This document shows, in pieces, positions 53,885 to 64,000 of a stretch of 64,000 nt of DNA. The stretch is from contig NC_087438.1 of assembly GCF_036321535.1 (NCBI RefSeq), positions 11,286,001 to 11,350,000 of the forward strand, in the 5' to 3' direction. How positions within the stretch are numbered: position 1 is the first letter of the stretch; each line of letters starts with the position of its first letter. The position numbers and the translations under genes were made by a program. The DNA comes from Camelus dromedarius. Its lineage: Eukaryota. Under the pieces are notes generated by a model that worked only from the letters and a program-made list of their open reading frames with translations, ran no database searches and had not been told where the DNA came from.

Positions 53885-55303
53885 CTTTAAAGGCAAGTTT
53901 TGTGGTTAAGAAAAGTTATCATGAGAAGGTGAAATAATGCAAACCCACAGAACCCTTTGCCTGGTTCAAGGAGGCCATTAGGAGGAAATTGATGAAAGCT
54001 GTGCAGCTCTGAGACCTGGCCGCTTACATTCCTTTACTTTTTTTTTTTTTTTTTTTTCCGGAATGCTTAAAATTCTTGCTATAGTCCTAGGAGGCTCTTG
54101 GACTTCAGACACTAATCCCAAGTAGAGTCCCAGAGTCCGGAAGACATCAATTCACTGTGACAAATAGAAAGCTGGATTCTGCTCCTGCCAAAACCCTATG
54201 TAGATTTATTTTCTCAACAACAACAACAACAACAAAACCTTTTACCAGATGCTTTGTGTGGTTGTAATAGAGACACCAGTAACAGACCAAAGTATCAGGG
54301 TTTCCCTGCATTCCAGCTCTGACACCCAGTGATGGTGGCCAGCGACTGAACGCCTCTTCTCTCGTGAGCAAACTCGGAGAGAACGCCCACTGAAGCTCTT
54401 GTGAGGATATAAGTAGGTTACACGTGTGAACACACTTTGTGCGCTCGTGGCGCCCCACAGAGCTCGGAGAACTGAAGGACAGGGCTAAACGGGAATGAAG
54501 CTTCCTTCAGCCAACAGAGCAACTCCAGCCAGCCCCTTTATATCACATGTCCATTTTCTACTCACGGCTAATTGACTCCAGTTTTCAAATTAACAGATAA
54601 GTCAAAATGGTTTCCTTTTCTTCCTTTTTTTCTCCCATGACATTCTGTTTGGCTTTGTTTGTACCTATTTCACAGTCAAATTATGATAATGATGAGAGAA
54701 ATAGTAAGAAAGAATTAGGGAATCTAAGAGCCAAGTAGCTGGCAGAGTGAAACACAGAGATAAGCTCATCTGGGGGTCCCATCTGTCTAAATATCAGTGC
54801 CTCCCTCTCTTTAACATCAAAATATTTTGGAAATCACCATATGCATTACCCCAAAATCAAATACATGTCAAATGCTTAAAATAGTTAAAAAGTCAGGGAA
54901 AAAACATTAAAATACTGTAAGAAAATATAGCTTAATATTTATATAATTTCGAGGAAGGTAAGGACTTTATAAACATGACATCAAGACCAGAATTTACAAA
55001 AGCAACCATAATATACATAGTTTCATATCTGTGTAATAGGTAGATACACTTATAACATTTTGAAGCTTTTTCATAAGAAATGATTAAGTGCAAATAAAGG
55101 TAGAGGAGAAACTGAAAAAAAAATGTAATTGAAACATAAGATTACATAACATCGGGTAACATAAGTGGCAGTATCTTCATTTATAAAAGCTTTTAGAAAA
55201 CCAAAGAAAGAAAATCCTTTAACAGGAAAGGACAAAAAAGACTGTTCACCAAAGAAAGGGGAAATACAAGTGATGCCAAAACCTACTTTAAAATGTTTAT
55301 CTT

Positions 55304-55396
55304 GGGCAGGGAGGGTATAGCTCAGTAGCAGAGCACACGTTTACCACGTATAAGGTCCTGGGTTCAATCCCCAGTATGTCTACTGACAACAACAAC
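55304..55396 (+). mobile_element. tRNA-derived camelid SINE (Vic-1-like), short form
   Basis: gggagggtatagctcagtagcagagc...ggtcctgggttcaatccccagta, (CAA)n tail; perfect 14-bp TSD aaaatgtttatctt at 55290-55303 and 55397-55410 at a TT/AAAA site. Confidence 0.93.
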
Positions 55397-55705
55397 AAAA
55401 TGTTTATCTTCGTCAATTGTTTAAAAAATGCATTTTAAACAGCAATGAGACACTCTTAAATTGGCATTGATTAAAAAAAAAAAAAAGAAACAGTGCTATT
55501 CGATGCTGGTGAGTAAAAGAGAAACAGAACATGGTCACTGTTGTGCTGCTGGGTAGGGGAGTTGACACTGACCGTCTTCAAGAACAGCCACTTGGCCACA
55601 CACATTGAAACCCTCCACAGGTCAGGCCCTTTGGTCCAGCAATTCTGCTTCAGGGAAAGTACTAGATGGAAATAATCCTTTGTATATGCAATTATTTGTC
55701 TATGG

Positions 55706-55914
55706 GAGTGGTTCCCAATGGAGAATGATTTTGTTGCCCAGGCAATATTGGCAATGTCTGGAGAAATTTTTGCTTGTTCCAACTTGAGGGGTGGGGTGGG
55801 GTGCTGCTGCATTCGGTGGTTGCGGCACATTGGCAACGCACAGGGAGACCCCCCCAGAAAATAAAGAATTATCCAGCCCAAAGCGTTAATAGGATGGAGG
55901 CTGAAAAATCCTGG
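55706..55914 (+). mobile_element. MER20
   Basis: agtggttcccaa...tgattttg...ttggcaatgtctggaga...gcacaggg...aaagaattatccagcccaaa...gaggctgaaaaatcctg. Confidence 0.8.
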
Positions 55915-57167
55915 CATACATGAATGTTTACTCAAGTGACAAATATCCCAAAACAAAGGACTGACTGCAAACATGGTGTTTCTGTGTCATAGACCATTTC
56001 ACAACAATTAAAATGTTACAGAAATATATCCATTGATACAGAAAGCTTTTCACAACATATTACATTTCAAAGCCAGTCCCAAAGCAGGGTGACCCCATCT
56101 TTGATTAAAGACATAGACTTAATTAAATATACCTCTAGCATGGTGTTTACAGGGATTGTCTCCATGTGGTTGGGTGTGATTGCAGGTATTTTTTTCATTT
56201 ATCTTTATAGCCTGATGAACTTGAATTGCTTTTATATTAGGAAAAATTTAATAAAACTCAGTCTGATGAATATATTTTAAAAGAAAATCATATTATGGAC
56301 TTACACATGAGTTATAATTTTAGTATCTATTGATTGAAAAAACACATGACAAAGAGCTACTATAATTTTATTAAATCTTTAAAATACATGTTTAGTATCA
56401 GAATAGATACTAAGACACTGCATGCTTTTGAAATATGCTAACGTATGCATTAGCCAACAGATTATTATCTTTCATTGGATTTGTTACAATAATTGTGGTT
56501 CCCGTGTAAGCCAGGAGATAGACATTATGAATTGTTGACCATCCTATAAAGTGTTTCCAAAGGTGAAGCTACATCGTATACACTTAATAGTTAACTTTCT
56601 TAGGCTTTTCCTACTTATGAAATTGAAATATGGTTGTGTCAGAAAGCAGAAGCTATTATTATCATTCGTATGTTTGTATCATTCTATTAGTGGCAGGCCA
56701 CATTTTTAAAGCCTGTTAAAAATGAAAACATGAAGTGTGACTAATATGGGATCCACACTTAACATGAAATCCAGTCTTATCAAATGATTTCATTATAACC
56801 GTTCTGACTGTTTATTAAATGTGAACCATAGACTTGAAAGGGGACTGTGATAATGAAGTTACTTTTCATCTTTTCTTAGATGTGATTTTTTTCCCCTGAC
56901 TTCCATTGACCATCTTTGAAATAACTTAGTACGTGATGTTGACAAGATTCTAAATTTGAAGGAACATTTTTACTTGTACTTAATCAAAAAATAATTACGC
57001 TTTGCAAATGCACTTTGTAACATTATTCCATATTTTTCTTTCTGGACTCTGTAGTGTATGTTCTGGAAATGTAACTGGTTTGTTATGACCCCAGTCACTT
57101 GTTGAATGTTTATAATATGCTATTATCTCGGAGGTACTGATGACATTGAAGTCAGTAGATATTAATT

Positions 57168-57520
57168 CATATGTTCACTCATTCTCTTGTTCATTAAATA
57201 TTTATTTAGCCACTAGTACATGCCAGGGCACTGGGAATATGACAGGGAACAAATACCCTCTTGGGAATTAAATTCTGTTGAAGACTAGTGTCTGATCATG
57301 AGGAGTTCAGTGTCTAGTTGAGGAAGAGTCAGATATGAAAGAAACTATTTTGGTAACTCCTGTAACTGAGCTTGGGACAAGGTGCTGTCGGAGCAGAGCA
57401 ACAAGAGATCTAACCGAACCAAAGACAGGCAAACCTGAGGGAAGTGTGCCTGGTGCACGTGGTCACCTAGATGGAAAGGTAGCCATTTGCCATGGGGGAA
57501 GTGATGGGAAATGGGCCGGC
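57168..57520 (-). mobile_element. L2 remnant
   Basis: ttcactcatt...ttcattaaatatttatttagccactagtacatgccagg...ggagttcagtgtctagttgagg. Confidence 0.65.
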
Positions 57521-59291
57521 GGTAGAGCTGGGCATCAGCAGTGGCATGCTGTGCCCGAGAAGGACTGACCTTTCTCTTTGGAAGATGGAATGTGATAACA
57601 CAAGAGCCTCAGCATATTAATAAGTGGTATCAGTCATGAGCCACTGGCTGCCTTAGAAGTGTATCAGTGCAGAGCCAGCGAGATCTGGGAGATTATTTGT
57701 CTCAATCATTTGTATTTTAAAGATGGAGGAAAAAACTTAGGTCCAGAAAGTCACAAAGCAGGTAGGGCAGAGCTGGGAGGCACCTTCAGTCTTCTGCTGG
57801 GGCAGGATTCAGCGGCTCTCCTGATTGTCTGGACAGTTTACACCAAGTTACACACACTGATAAGACATGTGAATACCGCAGCTAATCATCGTTCTGGGAT
57901 TGTTCATGTCATAGAAAAATGGTTGACCGTGGCATTCCCTTATATGAGATATTAAAGACAGATTTTACTTTACAATACATTGATTCTATGTTCATTTTCA
58001 GACACATCTTTATGGTATAAAACTCATAGTCCATTAATGGTCTGCATTTTGGAGATGCAGGAAAATAAGATGAGATGAGAGAGTCCTGGATGGAAGTATT
58101 CAGGAACCACCATGTTTTAACTGGATATCTACTGAGATTTCCCACAGGTGCATCACCACCTAATAGAACATAGGAATTAAGCTCTTTAACTTTTTGTTGG
58201 AGTTTTCAATAAGTGACAAGATGCGAAAACTAAGGGATCAGGCCCTCTGGACTCAGGAACTTACTATTTTGCAGAGCAAAGATGTCATCCCCATAACCAG
58301 ATCGAGCCAGGAAGGTAGGGACCAAGGCACCTGCAGGAGTTCACTGCGAGAATTACTCTCTCTGTTGCAGTAATATGGTGGTGAGATTGGGATGGCGAGA
58401 GTGGTAGTAATAAGGATAAACTTAACTTATAACTCATAGATTGTCTGGATCAATGAGTTTATTGGACAAAAAAATTAACTCCTACATAGCAAAGTATCAA
58501 ATGAGAAATATTTTAGCAAACCTGAAATAGGCTAGAAATAGCCAGAGAATGAAGCAGGAAAAATAATCAGTCATTTGTGTTTCCAAGTGACCATGGACAG
58601 TTACAAGAATGTTGCATAAAATGGAAAGTGAAAGAGGTAGGGAATGTGAAAATCATTCATCTTGCCTCTGGACAACCACTTCCCTATCCTGGCTGTTTTG
58701 TCCATTGTCTCAGTCAGGTACAGTGTGTGCACATGTGAACAGAAGGAGTAGTTAAGAAGTAGGATTACGCTGATGTTGGAAGCAATCTGTTTCTTCCATT
58801 TCCCTTCCACTGCTTCAGTGTTGCTTTCTGAGTAATCTACAGCATTAATTTTTTAAGTAGGTAATTTCCTTTTCCCTTTAAAAATAATTGTCTATGACTG
58901 TCTTGGTGCCAAAAATATCACAGTTAGCTTTTGGGCAAGAGAATGCCGTAAACAGGGACTCCACTCTCCCAGAGGTGTTCTTGTGCACGGGCAGGGCCCG
59001 GGGCTCTGTGGCTGGGCACCTCGGCTCTTCTGGGTCTGCAGGGAGATCTGCCTAAGCCCAGTGTCTGGTCTTCCTGGTTCTTCACAGCCTTGAGCTCAGT
59101 GAAGTTTGTAACCAAAAGATTTACTAGTTTCAATCCATTGAGTCTCTTCATTTCTGAAAATGTACCATAACTTGCTTCTTTTCCAAGAAATCTCTTAAAA
59201 GCGAATCCTAGTTGGAAATTATCTTAAAGATGTTTGAATCACCTTTTGAAATAAAAGTTATCCAACTTCCTTTAACAAATGTGGGCTCCCA

Positions 59292-59822
59292 GTATTAGTA
59301 TACCAATACTAATTGCCACATAACGAATTACCCCCAAACTTAGCAGCTTAATGCAATGCACATTTATTATCTCAGTTTCTGTGGGTAAAGAATTCAGGTG
59401 CAGCTTAATTGGGTTTTTAGCTTCAAGGTCTCAAAGTGTCAGCCAGGGCTGTGGTCGCCTCAAGGACTGGCCAGAAAGAATCTTCTTCTGATCTCAGGTC
59501 ACTGAGGCAGGGTTCAGTTTCTCGCAAGCTCCTGCGCTGAGTGCTCAGTTCCTCTCTGCCTGTGGGTCAGCCGTGCTCCTCAGGTCATTGCCGTGGGGGC
59601 CTCTCCAGGATGGCAGCTTGCTTCCTCAAAGCCAACAAGAGGGAGAGTCAGCTCACAAGACGGAAGTCACAGTGCTTTATGACCTACCACTGGAAGTGAC
59701 GTCACTTCACCTATGGCAGAGTCTATTGGTTAGAAGCACACTTGGGGGCGGGGAGGCGGGGTTCCCAGAAGCATGAACACAGAGACAGGGATCATCAGGA
59801 GCCATCTTACAGCTCTGCACAC
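59292..59822 (-). mobile_element. MLT1 (MLT1F-like) MaLR solo LTR
   Basis: ataacgaattacccccaaacttagcagcttaa...atttattatctcagtttctgtggg...atggcagcttgcttc...ctattggttagaagc...gccatctta. Confidence 0.85.
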
Positions 59823-59884
59823 TGCAGCCACTTTCTTCGTGAGCAGTTCCAGTCTGTGTATTTAATTTACTAAGTAAATTCAAG

Positions 59885-60100
59885 GTTCTGGATTCATACC
59901 TTGACTGGGCTACTGTCACTAGCTCTGTGACCTTGGGTGAATTATTTAACCTCCCTGAGCCTCACTTTCTTCATCTGTAAATGTAAACCTGTAAAGTGTG
60001 GGTTAAAGGAATGCTTCTTTCCTAGAGTTGTTTTGAAGGTTATTCGAGACACTTCTTGTAAAACAGTTAGCATACTGTTCAGAAAATGAAGTATTGTCAA
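59885..60100 (+). mobile_element. MIR
   Basis: actagctctgtgaccttgggtgaattatttaacctccctgagcctcactttcttcatctgtaaa...agagttgttttgaagg. Confidence 0.85.
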
Positions 60101-61424
60101 TATCTAGGTTTTCTGGAATGCTGAAAGGGTTTGTAAAAATGTCTCAAGATAAATTTTAATTTAACATTTTGGTTGAAGCATATCTAAAATGCATAATGTA
60201 GAGTCTTCCCAGGTAGTTTATACTAAACAGAATTTTGAGTCTTGATACTTTATGATCTTTATGTAAACTCTAATCTTTGTGTTATTAGATTGTGGCATCC
60301 TGGGTGGCTTTTGAGGCGTTGGAAGCCATTGCCTCCTTAAATGACCCCAGACTGCTCTAACTTTTGAAGGCTCATACCTGGTTTTAATTTGATTTTTTTC
60401 TCTTGCTTTAATGTTGCTATCAAGTACATTTCACTGTTATCACTGTGCTGCACGTAGCCACCCTTCTCTCTTACTTTTTTTTTTTTAATACCTTTCATCT
60501 GCTATGGGTTTAAAGTGGGGGAGTAGTATGTATTGCTTAAAAGGTAAAACAATCCCACGTGTGAATCCGAGCCTTCCCTCTTGCTACCTGTGGACTTTGC
60601 TTAACTACAGGTATTTACATCCCTGTGCCACATCAGTAAATGTGTGAGGATTTTCTAATATGAGAACAAAAGTTTATAAATTTGGGCATATATTTTGAAA
60701 CAAAATATATTAGCATCTGCAAAAATTTTGGTGAATTCCAGTCACTGAAGTTTTGTTATGGGATTACATCTAATGACATTTCTGTCTAGTACCAAGGGAA
60801 TTCCTTGGATGAAAGGAAAATCATGGTAACTGTCTCTTACTACCGCGTAGGTTACATGGAGTGATTTTCTTTCCCCTGCATCAACATGTTATTGCATCTT
60901 GACTTCCATACATTTCTGTTCTAGGGAAGGTGTTAGACATCACTTTTGAGTTGAAAACACATGGTGTTCAGTTTATCCTCACTAATAACAATTTTAAACC
61001 AAAGACTAAGTATTGATGTTTTGTTGCAAGGTGTTTAATAGACATGGAAAGTGACATTATATGTCACATTGCACAGATCAGAAGCATGGCAATGTGATGT
61101 GGGCTCAGGAACTCACTTTGACCACAAGATTCTGCTTATGCAAATCAACTAGAGTAAATGAAAATACGAGTTATAGAGAGATCTGTTCTTTCATAATTTT
61201 CTCATCCCTAAGATTGAATGGCCCCCATTGACTAAGGGATAAGCATAGTATAGGTGAACAATATTAGCAGATATTAAGGTGTAGAAGAAGTAAGAAAGGA
61301 AGAAGAAAGAGGCAGTAGAGAGGCCTACGGAAGCCACAGATTGTGCCTGTGGTGAGGAGAGATGGGAGCAGGCAGCTCAGGCTCACAGGGGGCTGAGTTA
61401 TGAATACCAAAGTGAATTTTCAAT

Positions 61425-61635
61425 GCAGACCAACTGGATTCAAGCCCTAGTCTCTCCCTTATCAATGTGTGGGTTTGGACAAGTTATTTAATATCTCTAC
61501 ATTTCGGTTTCCTCTGTGAGATAGGATTAACTGTCACATTCACCCAACCAATTTCCTTGAGCATTGAATGAGAGACTGAGAATGTTAATCTTAGCGGGAT
61601 GCTAGACACAATGTAAGTGTTCTGCATGCTTTGTT
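61425..61635 (+). mobile_element. MIR
   Basis: ctggattcaagccctag...ttggacaagttatttaatatctct...tttcctctgtgagatagg. Confidence 0.75.
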
Positions 61636-61654
61636 GCATCACTGTAATCTGGAG

Positions 61655-62030
61655 CAGAAGTTGGCAAACTTTTTCTCCAAGGGATGAAGTAGTAAATATT
61701 TCAAGCTCCTGGTGCCAAGAGAGCAGAGTAAGAATATTATGTAGATAGTTACACCACAAGAGATAAGACAAATTTCTACAAAATGTTTGATGACAAATTG
61801 AAAAATATAATAATGTAATTAAATGAGATTTAAAAAAAAACACGGATCTACTAGTGGAATTCTTTTGGCAGGAATAGAATGTTCCCTTAATTGGGGCTCA
61901 AAAGTGCTGTTTTGCTATCACCAAACTTTTTGCAAATGCTCATCCTTAAAGACCATTCTTGGCACAAAATTGGGCTGTACAAAAATAGGTAATGGGCAAG
62001 ATTTGGCTTAGAGCTATAATTTGCTGCCCC
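61655..62030 (+). mobile_element. MER58-family (longer variant) hAT-Charlie element
   Basis: cagaagttggcaaactttttct...gtagtaaatattt at the left end; acaaaaataggtaatgggcaagatttggc...taatttgctgcccc at the right end. Confidence 0.75.
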
Positions 62031-62539
62031 AAAACAATTGTTCTCAACTTTTCTTTTATGGTCTCACCACTGACATGTATCATGGATCACGTTCAGAAAT
62101 GTAACACACTCGTACGGCCATGACCAAAGGTGGCCTCAGTTTCCAGCATAGTTGCTGTAACCATACCCTTTTGTCTGACACACAAAAAAGGCTGTATCAT
62201 GCACAGACTTCTGTACTGTAGCAGACAAACACATAGCAACAAAATATATATAGCAACAAATGACCCACGTAAGCATCACAAGGGATCATGACCAGCCATT
62301 TTGTTGTGACACCAGGATCTCTAAATGTTCCCACTCTTTAGAACAGTCCTCCAAATTTACAGCCTAAAGCCACAATGCACATCTACAAGGGCCTTTCAAA
62401 GAAAAAAAAAGAAATTGTAAGGTAGAAGAAGGTTTTTTTGGTTTTTTTTGTTGTTGTTGTTTTGTTTTTTTGTTTGGATGTGCTGGGGATACTGAAATGG
62501 AGACCCAGTTATGTGCCAGTTGCTACGTAGTTGCTGACT

Positions 62540-63045
62540 CCTTCCTGAGTTTTAGACCTGTACATCCACCCACAGGCTAGGTATCTCGGCCTGGATCACC
62601 TACAAGTACCTCAAACTGATGCTGTAAAACTGAACTCGTTACTGAGCCCCTACTCCTAATAGTTCTTAAATCTGTCCCCTGTGAGCCTTTCTAATTACTA
62701 TTTTCTTGGCCCAGGCTCTCTCACATGACCAGGCTTAAAATGTGCAGTGACTCACCATTTTGACTAGGGTTAAGTCAAGGTTCCCTAACATGGTCTTCAG
62801 GGCCCACGTATTGGGACCTGAACCTGCGTCTCCAGCTTCCTTTGTGTATATCCTAGCATCATTCAGTTCCCTGTCATTCTCTGCACATGCCTGTAGTGTT
62901 TCTTACCTCCCTCCTTGCTCCTCCTGTCCCCTTTGCAGATAATCCTCCCGGTCCCAGGTCTGGATGCCTTATAGCCACCTCCCATCTTTCTGTGACGTCT
63001 CCCTTCTCCAGAACTCAGTGGCAGAGTTAGGTTTCACTCCCCTGA
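62540..63045 (+). mobile_element. Decayed L2
   Basis: cctgagtttagacctgtacatcca...ctcggcctggat...cctcaaactg...aaaactgaactc, aagtcaaggttccctaacatgg. Confidence 0.55.
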
Positions 63046-63046
63046 A

Positions 63047-63255
63047 CCGGTTTCCCCCGCTATGCAAAAGTAGCGTATTCCCATGAAACTTTTTGTAAGT
63101 CAAAATGGCGTAAAGTGAAGAAGAAACAATTACCTTCATTGATAGAGGCAAAAATCCTCTTAGGACTTCTTTGGTTGTGGAAAACAGGCATAATGCAGGT
63201 CTTTGGTAAAAGTGAAGTGGTGCAAAGTGAACTTTTGAAAAGCAGAGGTTACCCG
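63047..63255. mobile_element. Tigger-like non-autonomous DNA transposon (~210 bp)
   Basis: Imperfect 25-bp TIRs: ccggtttcccccgctatgcaaaagt versus the reverse complement of acttttgaaaagcagaggttacccg (18/25); subfamily not determined. Confidence 0.7.
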
Positions 63256-63294
63256 TGTTGCCAACTGAGCCTCAGGCTGTCCTAAATGCTTTCA

Positions 63295-64000
63295 AGGCAG
63301 TATCTTTGCTGTGGCATCTTTGCTGCATACATTTTTTTGCCATGTAACTAATTGGCCATAAGGCAGTTTTGCCATAGAGGATGAACTAATGAGAAACACA
63401 AGAGGGACATTAAAAAGGACATAGTGAAGCAGGAGAAATAAATAACAAAATTTAAAAGACTCTATTGTGAAATATAAATTATTTGAATACATGTGAAATG
63501 TGTGTAGGTTCGTGGCACAAATAACTGATTTTGTTTTGTGGATTTTACCCAAGCATTTGTCTTCCACATATTTCACTCGTTGTATTTTATACTTTCTTGT
63601 TTTTGCTTGTTAATTTGTCTCCTCACTTAGCATCATACTTTTTATTGGTTTCCAAACACTAGGATGCATGTTTGTAACTGAGCTTTATGAAAGCGTTTGC
63701 ACTGCTGTTTGTATCACATTGGTAGATGTTGCAAAGTTCCTTGGGAGATGTGGGTTCAACTCTGCACCTTCAAGGCCCTTGGCCTCTTTCTTCTCCAACG
63801 TGGTGTTTCAAAGAAACCACTCTTGGGCAAAAAGTCATCATCTGTTGGCTCGGTAAAGCCATCATCAATAATGCTGCCAACTGGAAAAAGTGCTAACGCA
63901 TTTTCAACCAGTTGAAACCAAACTGTCAAACCAAAAATTGTCAATCACTTATTTTATTTTTCACAGCGAAATTGCCTTACAGCCAAGTAGTTATGTGGCA
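63295..64000 (-). mobile_element. Mutator-like (MULE/MuDR) DNA transposon remnant with long TIRs and decayed transposase; runs off the window
   Basis: 63338-63377 is an inverted repeat of 63961-64000 (29/40); minus-strand translation ALALFPVGSIIDDGFTEPTDDDFLP..FFET / RVEPTSPKELCNIYQ..TNSSANAF / HPSVWK resembles MULE transposase C-terminal motifs. Confidence 0.75.

Larger units (their letters stand above)
54830..56255 (+). mobile_element. Very old L1 (L1ME-like) 3' region carrying nested SINE and MER20
   Basis: attaaaatactgtaagaaaatatag, ggactttataaacatgaca, gttcaccaaagaa, aaacagcaatgagacac, ccagcaattctgcttcaggga. Confidence 0.6.

Noticed and set aside
55304..55396. Possible tRNA gene (also 5521-5671)
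   Set aside because: A and B boxes are present, but TSDs, a simple-repeat tail and disrupted stems identify both as SINEs

Overview
Mammalian non-coding genomic DNA, AT-rich and roughly 40-45% interspersed repeats by eye. A camelid source (camel/alpaca/llama) is inferred from two tRNA-derived Vic-1-like SINEs and the 3' UTR of the youngest L1. I found no protein-coding exon, RNA gene, CpG island or prokaryote-type system. The only ORFs with recognisable products are broken L1 ORF2 pieces (18128-19873, plus older fragments) and a decayed Mutator-like (MULE) transposase at the right edge. The rest is a layered fossil record of L1, L2, MIR, MaLR/ERVL LTRs, hAT and Tigger elements, and microsatellites. 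L1s and LTRs are mostly on the minus strand, which hints at a long intron of a plus-strand gene. The most notable items are the MULE element, a twin-primed 5'-inverted L1 with TSDs, a promoter-like ETS/CRE/CCAAT/GC-box cluster in an MLT1 LTR, a YxDD-type RT motif in the young L1, a ~170-bp tandem duplication and a perfect (AC)60. I cannot support a previously undescribed biological system here. Repeat family names come from recall of consensus sequences, not a database search, and boundaries of old repeats are approximate.
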